Origin: an uncultured virus (IMG/VR IMGVR_UViG_3300009610_000004)
Lineage: Duplodnaviria > Heunggongvirae > Uroviricota > Caudoviricetes
Strand: one strand, 5' to 3'
Virus record (IMG/VR): IMGVR_UViG_3300009610_000004
DNA: 64,000 nt
Position numbers and translations under genes: made by a program. Shown here in pieces: positions 49,236-58,064 of the stretch (its first letter is position 1; each line of letters starts with the position of its first letter). The notes under the pieces were generated by a model, which saw nothing but the letters and a program-made list of their open reading frames with translations, was not told the DNA's origin and did no database searches.

Positions 49236-49949
49236 TTACTCGACTCCGAATTTAAAGGGCGCGAGCGAGGCCGGATTGGCAGACGGCGTCGACACCATCC
49301 GGTAGGTGATGTTGAGCGTGATGGTGCCATCGCCGCCGGTCACCTCGCCGCCTTCCATGTGGAGCACCAGCGGGGCTCCTTCGGCCACGGTGGCCGGAAC
49401 GGCCAGCGCAAAGGCCGAGCCCGCATTCACGGTCTGGTCGAGCAGGCCGGTCGCAGACAACGGCAGCGTGACGGGCAGGCCCGCCGCGTCCATCGAGCGG
49501 ATCACCAGCGTCGAAGCGCCGACCACATAGGGCAGCGTGCCGAAAGAGTACTGGAGGTCCGAGGCCATCAGTTCGAGCACCTGACCGGCAGGAGCGGCAT
49601 CGAGCAGATGGACCGGCAGCGCGCCCAGCGTGAGGATTTCGGCAGAGCCGACCGTGATCGGCACCGTGACCGGATCGGTCGGCGGGATCGGCGGCGCTGG
49701 CTCGGGCAACCCATCGGGATAGTAGTGAAGCAGAAACTTGTCGATGATCTCGACCACGCGCCGGGCCGAGCCGGGCGCAATGCGCCGGATGGCGACCAGT
49801 AAGACGGTCATCTGTTCTGCCGTGGGCGGCGGTGGCGGGGGCGGGGGCTCGTCCACAAGTGGAGTGACGGCCACGGGAGTAACGGACATGGGAGAGGCTT
49901 CTACTTCTTCCTCGGCGGTTTCGTGCTCGGAGTAGGATCGGCGGCGCAT
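49236..49949 (-). CDS. putative virion decoration protein
   Basis: SAEILTLGALPVHLLDAAPAGQV beta domain recalled from phage structural proteins; AAGGAG SD. Confidence 0.5.
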   Translation of the reverse strand: MRRRSYSEHETAEEEVEASPMSVTPVAVTPLVDEPPPPPPPPTAEQMTVLLVAIRRIAPGSARRVVEIIDKFLLHYYPDGLPEPAPPIPPTDPVTVPITVGSAEILTLGALPVHLLDAAPAGQVLELMASDLQYSFGTLPYVVGASTLVIRSMDAAGLPVTLPLSATGLLDQTVNAGSAFALAVPATVAEGAPLVLHMEGGEVTGGDGTITLNITYRMVSTPSANPASLAPFKFGVE

Positions 49950-50122
49950 GGTGGCTCCTTCGAAGAGATACTACCACCCGCATCGTCGACGATGCCGACA
50001 AATTGCCGGATCGCCAGGAGAGCCGCGCGCAGGTTGCGATTTTCACGGCGGGCCTTAGAGAGTTCCCTTTCGAGAAATTCGATATGTGCGCTCTGGACGG
50101 AGGCGGCGTTTCGGACGCTCAT
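49901..50122 (-). CDS. hypothetical coiled-coil protein
   Basis: ATGA overlap with upstream gene. Confidence 0.5.
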   Translation of the reverse strand: MSVRNAASVQSAHIEFLERELSKARRENRNLRAALLAIRQFVGIVDDAGGSISSKEPPCAADPTPSTKPPRKK

Positions 50123-50655
50123 AGGAACTTCGCCTTCCCGCACGGCCCGCACCATTTCATCTGCCCGCACGGCTCGCCGCACTCGCGGCACTGGTTCACC
50201 GGGACGAACGGGTACGGCTCCTCGTAGATCAAAGGCCCCACGAGCCGTTCGATGTGCCGTTGGGCCTCCCGGCGCGATTTGGCTTGCGTCCAGAGTTCCC
50301 CGGGCCGGCGGAAACACCAGCCGGTGCCCTCCAGGCGGCGGATCTCGAAGCCGCGGTAGTAGGACTTATCGTCCGGGTCTTCGTGCTTGGCGATCGCCCG
50401 TTGATATGCCAAATCAATCAACGCAGTAAACTGAGCGTCTTTGAGGGCCTGATCGCGCCGCTTGCGCGCCGAGCAGGACAGGCAGAAGATCTTGCCATCG
50501 GCGATCACACGGTGGCGCTTGCGCCCGCACTCGGGGCACGTCTCATAGGCAAAAACGCCGGGATTGCCGAACTGGACCGGTACGCTGTCGGCCGGAACGA
50601 TCTCCTCCGGTTTGATCCCCAGCGCCTTCAGGAACTCCCTGTCGGTGCGGGTCAT
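50119..50655 (-). CDS. hypothetical protein with two Zn ribbons
   Basis: CPEC...CLSC and CREC...CGPC. Confidence 0.6.
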   Translation of the reverse strand: MTRTDREFLKALGIKPEEIVPADSVPVQFGNPGVFAYETCPECGRKRHRVIADGKIFCLSCSARKRRDQALKDAQFTALIDLAYQRAIAKHEDPDDKSYYRGFEIRRLEGTGWCFRRPGELWTQAKSRREAQRHIERLVGPLIYEEPYPFVPVNQCRECGEPCGQMKWCGPCGKAKFL

Positions 50656-50656
50656 C

Positions 50657-51016
50657 TTAATTGGCCCGCGCCTTTTCCTTGAACGCCTGCGCCTTTTCCA
50701 TGTTCGCCTGGGCGTGTTTGGCCAGTCTGGCCATCTCGTCGATCTTCTCGCGGATCTGCTTTTCCACGATGATGTACGCCGCGAAAGTCTCGTCGTACGG
50801 CACTTGGCGCACGATCTGGCCGGCCTTGTCGACCAGCGTGGCCGTGATCGACAGCAGACTCAGCGCCTCGTCGACAGACCTGCAATCGGTGATCATCAGC
50901 GTCATCATCTCGCTGATATGCTTGAACCCGTTGGCCACCAGGCCGACCAGGATCAGCGCGTCACTGTGCGACAGGTCCAATAACACCCGGACCCGCGCCT
51001 TCTCATCTGTTGCCAT
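50657..51016 (-). CDS. hypothetical protein
   Basis: MATDEK start with GAGGTGA SD. Confidence 0.65.
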   Translation of the reverse strand: MATDEKARVRVLLDLSHSDALILVGLVANGFKHISEMMTLMITDCRSVDEALSLLSITATLVDKAGQIVRQVPYDETFAAYIIVEKQIREKIDEMARLAKHAQANMEKAQAFKEKARAN

Positions 51017-51147
51017 ATTCACCTCGACTCCAAATTTCACCTTCCGCTTGCCAGAACGGGATGAGTGGCGCGGCACGTTGGCGGCACGCCAGCGCCACTC
51101 GACGTCGAGGTGAAGCGACACCCAAAGCGTATCACGTTTTGCGCAAA
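51017..51147 (-). promoter_or_regulatory. extended -10 promoter (TGaTACGCT) with operator and structured 5' leader
   Basis: -10 at 51126-51131, TTTGCGCAAA at 51138-51147, 11-bp inverted repeat 51018-51028 / 51104-51114 covering the SD. Confidence 0.65.
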
Positions 51148-51644
51148 GACGGCCTTCTATTGTTCGCCTGCTGCTTTGCCGTGGCCCATCTGACGTTGCC
51201 GGGCCGGTAGCCATCGTTGTTGTCCGGGTAGCGATCTATCGAGTGTTTGGAAGACGGTCTGGGGCCTACGTAGGCGTAGAACGATTCAAAACTCGCTCGC
51301 CATTCCGGACAGATGGTTATGCCTCTTCCGCCGTAATCAGCGTAGTTCCGGTCATTGGGATTGGTGCAGCGCTGGATCATGGAGCCCCAAACGTAATATT
51401 CCGGAACCTCTCCCAACCTTTTGGGAAGCTCAGGACTGTGATGACGTTGCCGACCACTCCCCGGCAGGCAGCCGCACGATTTGGGCGATCCGTAGTGAAA
51501 GGCGTCCAACTGGACGATTTTTATGTTGCCGCACTCGCACTGACACTTCAGCATTCTGTTGTTGCCAATGCGAGGAAGTTCGCAAATTGCGGTCATCCGG
51601 CCGTTTTTGTCGCCGGGTTGTACGAAGATAGTTCTTGGTCGCAC
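51132..51644 (-). CDS. HNH homing endonuclease
   Basis: WGSMIQRC...YGGRGITICPEW...SIDRYPDNNDGYRPGNVRWAT..QQANNRR. Confidence 0.9.
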   Translation of the reverse strand: MRPRTIFVQPGDKNGRMTAICELPRIGNNRMLKCQCECGNIKIVQLDAFHYGSPKSCGCLPGSGRQRHHSPELPKRLGEVPEYYVWGSMIQRCTNPNDRNYADYGGRGITICPEWRASFESFYAYVGPRPSSKHSIDRYPDNNDGYRPGNVRWATAKQQANNRRPSLRKT

Positions 51645-51725
51645 AGGGCCCTCCTTGGCTCTTTGCTACTTGGCCTGCACCGTTAGTAGCGGTGCGGGCC
51701 TCCCCGATTCTAATCCAAAAACCCC

Positions 51726-51754
51726 TTGCACGGTTTTGCGCAAAAGGGTACGCT
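51726..51754 (+). promoter_or_regulatory. promoter TTGCAC-17-TACGCT with TTTTGCGCAAAA in the spacer
   Basis: exact 17-bp spacing, upstream of the plus-strand small-gene cluster. Confidence 0.75.
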
Positions 51755-51839
51755 CAGGATTGGATGGGGGCGCGGTGGGAGCCGGTCGACGAAGGAACGG
51801 CTTCTCATCAGACCCGCGCTTTCATCCGACTGAAGGCGT

Positions 51840-52067
51840 ATGAGCGAACATTGCCCCGGCTGCCGTAACTCGGATCCCACGCCGCCAGGCGTCGATCCGC
51901 TCGGCGTCATGCGGAAGCCGTTCGGCTTCTGCTTACGGTGTCAGAAAGACGAGCAGTATTGCGAGTGCGACGAGCCCCTCTTGGAGCCTCAGAACCCCAG
52001 TCACGGGACGATGTCGAAGACGATGGAGCATATCGGGCTTTGGCAGTGGAAAGCGATGAAGAAATGA
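51840..52067 (+). CDS. small Cys-rich hypothetical protein
   Basis: CPGC, CLRC, CEC; first gene after promoter. Confidence 0.55.
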   Translation: MSEHCPGCRNSDPTPPGVDPLGVMRKPFGFCLRCQKDEQYCECDEPLLEPQNPSHGTMSKTMEHIGLWQWKAMKK

Positions 52068-52249
52068 AATTCTTAAAGGAACTCGGCTGCAAAGTGTTCG
52101 GCCACGCACCGGCCTTTGCCTCCCTGAGCGTGCCTAACCACTGCATCACCTGTAAGACGCCCATGATGTGGAACCCCGGCACCGAGTGCTGGGACGCGCT
52201 CCAGGTAACACCGGAAGCGCCCCCGCAGTCCACCTGGAATGATTATTAA
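52064..52249 (+). CDS. small hypothetical protein
   Basis: CKVFGH...CITC; ATGA overlap. Confidence 0.55.
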   Translation: MKFLKELGCKVFGHAPAFASLSVPNHCITCKTPMMWNPGTECWDALQVTPEAPPQSTWNDY

Positions 52250-52448
52250 CTTACTCTGCCCCTCCTGCCAGGAGAGGAAAGTAACGCTGGTCGAAGGCAC
52301 CAGCGAGTTTTTATGCACCAAATGCGGGGCCTGCGGCCGCGCCGCTTCCCAGCGCCCCCATATCATCTTCGCCATGCGCAACCAGTACTTACTCATCCGC
52401 GAAAAAAGGAGGAACACTCATGCAGGTTTTCAATGCGATCGACCTTAA
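52239..52448 (+). CDS. Zn-ribbon protein
   Basis: CPSC...CTKC. Confidence 0.5.
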   Translation: MIINLLCPSCQERKVTLVEGTSEFLCTKCGACGRAASQRPHIIFAMRNQYLLIREKRRNTHAGFQCDRP

Positions 52449-52632
52449 CACCGTTCGTGAAGACGCGGCCCTGGACAACGGCTGGCGCATCGAGATCAGC
52501 GCCCAGAAGGCGAGCCTCACGCTCGCCGAGGCCCGCGACCTGGGTAAGATCCTCCGCGCCCTGGCTGACGATCCCGCCGCCATGCACCGCTCGCCCAAAG
52601 AAGATCCTACTTTCTGCGAGGAGAAGTTATGA
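52420..52632 (+). CDS. hypothetical protein
   Basis: AGGAGG SD. Confidence 0.6.
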   Translation: MQVFNAIDLNTVREDAALDNGWRIEISAQKASLTLAEARDLGKILRALADDPAAMHRSPKEDPTFCEEKL

Positions 52633-52856
52633 GCGCCTATGCTCCTTCGTTGAACAAAGTCATCCTGCGCTACAAGACCGCCACCACCGAAGTGACCATG
52701 CCTTTCGAGACCGTCGAGGAGGCCCGCTCCTATCTCGCCTACGTGATTCCCCGCAGGCTCAAAGAGGAGCGCGAGAACCGCGTCACCGGCCTCAACATCC
52801 CCTCGCCGGCCATCATCGAGGATTCCATCTACATCCACGAGGTCCATCAGCCATGA
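52629..52856 (+). CDS. hypothetical protein
   Basis: ATGA overlap, GAGGAG SD. Confidence 0.6.
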   Translation: MSAYAPSLNKVILRYKTATTEVTMPFETVEEARSYLAYVIPRRLKEERENRVTGLNIPSPAIIEDSIYIHEVHQP

Positions 52857-53026
52857 GCCGGATTTTCGATCCCCCGCGCCCGCTGGGAAACCGCGTGCTG
52901 GTGAGTTACTCGACGCCAGACACCCAGATCACGCTGCGCTTCGAGAATGTCGCCACCGCGCGTAGTTACAAGAACGGCGAGAAAGTAACTGCCGAAATCA
53001 TATGCCTTCAGAAAGTAAATCCATGA
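52853..53026 (+). CDS. hypothetical protein
   Basis: MSRIFDPP, ATGA overlaps at both ends. Confidence 0.55.
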   Translation: MSRIFDPPRPLGNRVLVSYSTPDTQITLRFENVATARSYKNGEKVTAEIICLQKVNP

Positions 53027-53349
53027 ACGGAAACATCACCTTTGCCATCGAGCAATTCGAAGCGGCCTGCGACGAGGCCCTCGCCACGTTAGGCACTCAT
53101 CACGCGGTCCAGATCATAAACCACCGCATCGAGCGGCGCCAGATCATCCAGGAACTCGCCCCCAAAGAGAATCACGGCGGCGAGAAACTGTTCACCCGCG
53201 GCATCGACCCGCGCCTCCAAAACCAAGCGGGGATGGCCGACCTGGAAGCCGCCGCTGCCCGCCAGCGGCTGGCCGAGGAGAATGCCCGCGACGAGGCCGC
53301 GCACATCGAGGGGATCAAGGCCCTCAATAAAGTCTATGGTTGTAAGTGA
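53023..53349 (+). CDS. hypothetical protein
   Basis: MNGNITF, ATGA overlap. Confidence 0.55.
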   Translation: MNGNITFAIEQFEAACDEALATLGTHHAVQIINHRIERRQIIQELAPKENHGGEKLFTRGIDPRLQNQAGMADLEAAAARQRLAEENARDEAAHIEGIKALNKVYGCK

Positions 53350-53421
53350 TGGATATATTTCTGACCGGGCTCGGATTTTTCATCCTCTTGAACGTCTTCG
53401 CCTGGATCGACTTCAAGTGGC

Positions 53422-53592
53422 TCAGTCGCCGAAAACGCCGGCCCGGATCATCGCCTTCCCGATCCCCGGAGTAACATCGATCACGAATAACTCCTCGTCG
53501 GCGGCCGCATCGAGGTTGTAGACCGAAATCGGATGGTCCCCGTGCTCTTTCTGGAACATCCGCAGTAACTCGATCAACTCGGAGACGTCCAC
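53422..53592 (-). CDS. small hypothetical protein (not in ORF track)
   Basis: 56 aa MDVSELIELLRMFQKEHGDHPI..., GTG directly after upstream stop. Confidence 0.6.
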   Translation of the reverse strand: MDVSELIELLRMFQKEHGDHPISVYNLDAAADEELFVIDVTPGIGKAMIRAGVFGD

Positions 53593-53814
53593 TTACTCCA
53601 CCTCAAGCTCGAAACCCCGCCGGGTCGCATGCCCGCCCGTGATCGCGAGTCCTGCCTCCAGGGCCGCCTTCAACACCGGCCCCGTCTTGCCATCTCTGAG
53701 CGGCACCGCCACCACCACCACCCCGCCATCCACGTCGATCATCGTCTGGTAGGGCAAGCGCCGCCCGATCGCCGAGCGCACCTTCTCCAGGTTTTCCTTC
53801 GTCGTCATTCCCAT
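53593..53814 (-). CDS. hypothetical protein
   Basis: packed operon ORF. Confidence 0.5.
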   Translation of the reverse strand: MGMTTKENLEKVRSAIGRRLPYQTMIDVDGGVVVVAVPLRDGKTGPVLKAALEAGLAITGGHATRRGFELEVE

Positions 53815-54068
53815 ACCGTATCAGTGATCGCCAGCCGGCCGCAGCGGCTACAGGTCTTCGAAGTCCACAATCCGCCATTTTCCGCCACCACCGGCCCGTC
53901 ATAGAGATGCGGCTGGTTGCCTTCGCACTGGCGCGGCCCGAAAAATATCTTGGTCAGGTACTGCGCCGCCGCGCACTGCTCGCACGAGCGCTTGCGCGAC
54001 CTGAGCAACACCGGTCCCTTAGGGCAGGTGTGGAGGTTGGTCCGAGAGACCGCCGCCGCGCTTGCCAT
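53805..54068 (-). CDS. Cys-rich hypothetical protein
   Basis: CEQC and TCSRCG. Confidence 0.5.
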   Translation of the reverse strand: MASAAAVSRTNLHTCPKGPVLLRSRKRSCEQCAAAQYLTKIFFGPRQCEGNQPHLYDGPVVAENGGLWTSKTCSRCGRLAITDTVWE

Positions 54069-54234
54069 CCTGCTGCCTTTTTACCATGTTCTCCCGCAGC
54101 CGGTCCCGGAACGCCACGATCTGGGCATGAACCCGGAAGGCCCGCGCCAAAGCGTCCCGCCGCGCCTTATCCCCTTGTTCCACAAGCGTTCCACGCTTTT
54201 CCGGGGAGTGTTCCACAGGATGTTCCACGGTCAT
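54019..54234 (-). CDS. hypothetical protein
   Basis: ATGA overlap with the zincin gene. Confidence 0.45.
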   Translation of the reverse strand: MTVEHPVEHSPEKRGTLVEQGDKARRDALARAFRVHAQIVAFRDRLRENMVKRQQDGKRGGGLSDQPPHLP

Positions 54235-54878
54235 CTATCCTCCGGCTCCTCGAAAATCGACGCCGCCCGCCCCATTCCGCCCTTCTTCATCTTCTGGATC
54301 GTCTCGCGATGCACAACCTTCTCGTAATCGTCGTCGCGCGGCAATCCCCTGTTGTACTTGGTCGTCCTGGACAACGCATACGCATTCGATTCGAGCGGCC
54401 CGATCGCATTGTCCAGCTTCCGCTTCCACGCCCCCGGCCCCCAGTCGAGCGTCCCCGCCCCATAGTCCTTCGGCTCGGTGTCCATCTTCTCGGATTGGTC
54501 GAGGTCGACCAACCTGTGCTGCAATCCGTGCGCGATCTCGTGCCGCCTCACCTGACCGAACATGTCCTGTTTGTTTAACACTTCACCCGGATCCTGATGC
54601 TGCGGAATGTCCTTGTCGATCGAGATATACTCGTCTACCCCACGGTCATTCTGCATCCGCTTCTTCGCCGCCGGATCGTTGAGGTTGTACCTCCGGTGCC
54701 GCCCGTGCGCCCCAGCCAACTCCTCGTGATAGATCGGAATCCGCATGTACCGGTCCTGGGCCACCGGCTCCGGCTTCTTCTGCTCCCGGCCGTACTTGGC
54801 CGCGAGCTCGGCCTTCTGAATCACCCCGCCCTGGCGCTCATACTCCTTCAGCGGCTTCTTCGGTGGTGGCTGCGGCAT
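54231..54878 (-). CDS. zincin-like metallopeptidase
   Basis: RRHEIAHGLQH with downstream PLESNAY third-ligand helix. Confidence 0.6.
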   Translation of the reverse strand: MPQPPPKKPLKEYERQGGVIQKAELAAKYGREQKKPEPVAQDRYMRIPIYHEELAGAHGRHRRYNLNDPAAKKRMQNDRGVDEYISIDKDIPQHQDPGEVLNKQDMFGQVRRHEIAHGLQHRLVDLDQSEKMDTEPKDYGAGTLDWGPGAWKRKLDNAIGPLESNAYALSRTTKYNRGLPRDDDYEKVVHRETIQKMKKGGMGRAASIFEEPEDR

Positions 54879-54882
54879 TTCC

Positions 54883-55083
54883 TCACCGTTCTACCACGGC
54901 CGCCGTCCTCATCCGCTCCATCTCCTCGTAAATCTCCTCCACCGCCTCCTGCACATGATACGAATGCCCTCCATGCAAATCCACCCGCGTCCCCTGCTTC
55001 GATTCCTGGATCGCCAATATCGCCTCCACCCGCACCCATACCACCGCCTCCACTCCTTCCCGCGTCAACCGGATGAACTTCAC
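54883..55083 (-). CDS. FlbD-family small protein
   Basis: FIRLT...VWVRVEAILAIQE...TRVDL..G.SYHVQEAVEEI pattern. Confidence 0.65.
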   Translation of the reverse strand: MKFIRLTREGVEAVVWVRVEAILAIQESKQGTRVDLHGGHSYHVQEAVEEIYEEMERMRTAAVVER

Positions 55084-55105
55084 TTACTCATCCTCCCGAG
55101 TAAGT

Positions 55106-55135
55106 AGTGTAAGTTAGTTTTGCGCAAAACGGCAA
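55106..55135 (-). promoter_or_regulatory. promoter TTGCCG-18-TACACT with GTTTTGCGCAAAAC operator
   Basis: perfect 14-bp palindrome at 55117-55130. Confidence 0.7.
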
Positions 55136-55291
55136 GTGGACTATTCCGGCGGCGCTCCAGTGAAAATAGTCCAGCGTCTACGAGTACGCCCTTACCCCTG
55201 GACTGGACCGGGATCCCCAAAAACACGAATGCCCCGGTCTTGAGTGATAGACCAGGGCACCCGTGCGTTAAAATGTTCACCGGACGCCCAC

Positions 55292-55322
55292 AGCGTATCA
55301 CATCTTTATCCCTTTGCGCAAA
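55292..55322 (-). promoter_or_regulatory. promoter TTGCGC-18-TACGCT (extended -10) with operator over -35
   Basis: TTTGCGCAAA at 55313-55322; TGaTACGCT at 55292-55300. Confidence 0.6.
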
Positions 55323-55760
55323 ATATTTTCCACTTGCGCTCCGGCCGCCTCCAGGCGCAAAATGGGAATCGTTAAAATGGACACCGCGGCTGAATCCCCA
55401 AATCGAGCGCGCCAGATCGGCTCTGCGCTTCTCGGAGCAAGGCCAGCGTTGTATACGGTCTCCCCGACCCGCTCCCCGTGGCGGTCGGCTCTCTTACCTC
55501 AAAGCGGGACGGCTCCGATCGTCGAACTCAGCGCCTCTGCAATACCAAACACCGGGGTGAATAACCCGTGGGATCCTGAGTTCGGGCTGCTACAGCACGA
55601 GGAAACGCCTCAAAACGACTATCCTCAAGATTGCAACGAAGTTAAGAGCAATCCGAAACTGTAGCCTCGGGGCCAAATACGCCCCCCAACTCGGCCCGCC
55701 GCGAAACAACAGGAGCGTAGTCCCGTGCGGGGGATCATAGGGGGGCCTTATAATCCACTC

Positions 55761-55901
55761 ATGCCCCTCCAAAAAGGCTCTTCCTCCAAAACCATCCAGA
55801 AGAACATCAAAACCGAGATCGCAGCCGGGAAACCCCCAAAACAAGCCGCCGCGATCGCATACAACGTCGCCGGAAAAGCAAAATCCTCCCCTAAAAAGTA
55901 A
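55761..55901 (+). CDS. small basic conserved phage protein (not in ORF track)
   Basis: 46 aa [34 protein letters not shown]..., a pattern recalled from packaging-region genes. Confidence 0.75.
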   Translation: MPLQKGSSSKTIQKNIKTEIAAGKPPKQAAAIAYNVAGKAKSSPKK

Positions 55902-56372
55902 CCCACCACCACGGAAAACGGGGCCCCACCCTCGAAAACAGGCCCCGGACGGTTACTAGAACTACTAGCACCGATCCGTCTTCCGCTGCTCCCGAGCCGC
56001 AGCCTGCGGCTGCTCGCATCCTTCGGATGCGGGGGGTTGGGAGGTCTGAAAGCTCAACGCGAGCGCAACGCGCAAGCGCTCAAATGCTTCCTCAGGCTCG
56101 GCGGTGCGCCGGGCCGCAAATACTCCCTCTATCTCCCTTACCCCCACTACCTCCTCCAAAAAAAACCCCGATTTCGAACTTTCACACTCCCGCCAACCCT
56201 CTCCCGCTTTCCTCGAATTCTGTACTTCACACCTCTCGCAACACACCCCTCGGCCTGGCCGGCGGGGCCCCGCGGATTCCGGGCATGGGGTGGTCGCCTT
56301 CATCCTATTGAGCCGCATCGACTTGCTCGAGGTCGAGCCCTCAGAATCGGCCGGCGACCCGGCGAGCCTCCA

Positions 56373-57323
56373 TCAATCGGAGTCGAGGCCGTCGCCGTCT
56401 TCGCCGTCTTCGGCCCGATCCGACACACCTGACAATGTCCGTTGTAGGGTATCTTCCAGGGCCGGTGGGCCCGGCGGCATCTCTACATCAATGAATTCCA
56501 GGGGGATTCCCGCCGCGACGTGCCCTTCCACTTGAGCGGCGGTCGCCGAAACCCGGCGGCGCGCATCATTGATACGATGCCGGGCCACGCCGGGCCCGGC
56601 TCCGCTGGCCGGGATCGGCTGCAGTCCACTTGATAAGACCACCACCAGCGGGCCGGTGCCGCTCGCGCCGCCAGCGCCGAATGCGCCACGGCCCATCTGG
56701 GCCAGGAACTCACCCGTCTCGACGGCGGCGGCGCGCTCCAGGGCGCGTTCCTCTTGGAGCAGGCCGGTGTCGAGCCGCGCATCGACCACTTCCCGCCATT
56801 GATCCTTTGCCAAGCGGATCGACCGCATCTCTTTAACGATCAGGCCGGTCGCATCGCCCGCAACGCCGGGATCGGCCATCGCGGCGCGGGCCTGGACCAC
56901 TGCTTCCAATTGATCGGTGCGGCGCTGTATACGTGCGAGCCTGTTCTCAGCCTGCGTCACCGCCAGCTTCACGAACCGCTGATCAGCGCGGGCCTGCAAT
57001 GCCTCCCGATTGGCAAGCAATCTTGCAGGCAAGTGCGTTTGGCCATGTCGATGAATCGAGTCATCACTGACCGCGAATTCCCGCGCCAAGTCCGGGTAGC
57101 TCCGATCACCGGCCACCAGGAGCGCATCGATGCGGTCGCGGGCCGGGTGAGAGCACACGGTGCAGCGTGGGCCGGGAGTGCGAGGTGGAAGGCCGGTGAG
57201 CGGGCCGGTGGCGCTGGCGGGTGGGGGCGTGGTGATTCCAGAGCTCGACGGGTACACGGTGGCAGATTTATTTTCGGATTCATCGCACCTGGCGTCATCC
57301 TGTTGATTCTGAGAGGGTTCCAT
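56373..57323 (-). CDS. probable terminase small subunit
   Basis: CTVCSHP...SYPDLAREFAVSDDSIHRH HTH, then TGLIVKE...DTGLLQEERALE helical domain. Confidence 0.55.
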   Translation of the reverse strand: MEPSQNQQDDARCDESENKSATVYPSSSGITTPPPASATGPLTGLPPRTPGPRCTVCSHPARDRIDALLVAGDRSYPDLAREFAVSDDSIHRHGQTHLPARLLANREALQARADQRFVKLAVTQAENRLARIQRRTDQLEAVVQARAAMADPGVAGDATGLIVKEMRSIRLAKDQWREVVDARLDTGLLQEERALERAAAVETGEFLAQMGRGAFGAGGASGTGPLVVVLSSGLQPIPASGAGPGVARHRINDARRRVSATAAQVEGHVAAGIPLEFIDVEMPPGPPALEDTLQRTLSGVSDRAEDGEDGDGLDSD

Positions 57324-57329
57324 GCGGTG

Positions 57330-57338
57330 AGCGTATCA
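57330..57338 (-). promoter_or_regulatory. extended -10 TGaTACGCT, probable leaderless promoter
   Basis: -10 hexamer separated from ATG 57323 by 6 nt; no SD. Confidence 0.55.
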
Positions 57339-57460
57339 CGGTTGGAATAGTTCCGATTATCTCTCTAATAGGTGTAACCTTCGGGTTGCCGGTGGCATCC
57401 TCAACTATTCGGCTCTCCGTTTCGAGATGAGAGGTACGAAGGGAAAGGTGAACAGAAGAG

Positions 57461-57727
57461 ATGAAAGCGATTATCGTTGGAATCGTGCTGGCCGGGATGG
57501 CGCTGGCCGAGACGGTGTACTTCGGATCGGCCTCGAAGGCGTTTCACAAGACGGTGGCGTGCAGTGCGAGGCCGGGCAAGCCTCACCAGTTGCACGCGGA
57601 TCGAGCGGTGGCCGTGAAGCATGGGCTGAGTGAGTGCAAGCGTTGCTGGCGGGCGGCGAGCGCGAAGTCGAGCAAGGCGGGGAACGGCGCGTGGGCTGAG
57701 AAGGCCGAAGCAAAGGAGGTCAAGTAG
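57461..57727 (+). CDS. exported small protein with Ada-like Zn-binding motif
   Basis: signal MKAIIVGIVLAGMALA; VY....KAFH...C...A..HGLSECKRC. Confidence 0.6.
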   Translation: MKAIIVGIVLAGMALAETVYFGSASKAFHKTVACSARPGKPHQLHADRAVAVKHGLSECKRCWRAASAKSSKAGNGAWAEKAEAKEVK

Positions 57728-57729
57728 AG

Positions 57730-57978
57730 ATGGCGAGACGTAAGCAGGAGCCCATGTCGGTCAAGCAATTGCGCGAGGCCGTGGTGCAAGCGGGCGCGTG
57801 GTACTGGTTCAAAGCGGAGAACGGCGACGAGCAGATCCAGAGCGCGTTGATGCGCGAGGGCTACCGGGCCGGTGTCGATGCGTTGCGTTGCTACCAGGAA
57901 GGCGAGCCCACGGCGGCTGAGTTGTATGCGGCGGCGTTGAAGCTCTGGCCGGTGTCGCGGTTGCATCCATTGATCTAG
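57730..57978 (+). CDS. hypothetical early protein
   Basis: AAGGAGG SD. Confidence 0.6.
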   Translation: MARRKQEPMSVKQLREAVVQAGAWYWFKAENGDEQIQSALMREGYRAGVDALRCYQEGEPTAAELYAAALKLWPVSRLHPLI

Positions 57979-58064
57979 CGGGTCGAGTCAGGGCCCACCG
58001 GCACCGGCCAGTGGGCTCCTGGCGCGGATCTGAGGATCGTAGCGAAGACGGAAAGGTGAAAGTG

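Noticed and set aside
55900..56370. tRNA or protein-coding gene in the C-rich spacer
   Set aside because: No cloverleaf or T-loop found by eye; ORFs lack SD and plausible composition
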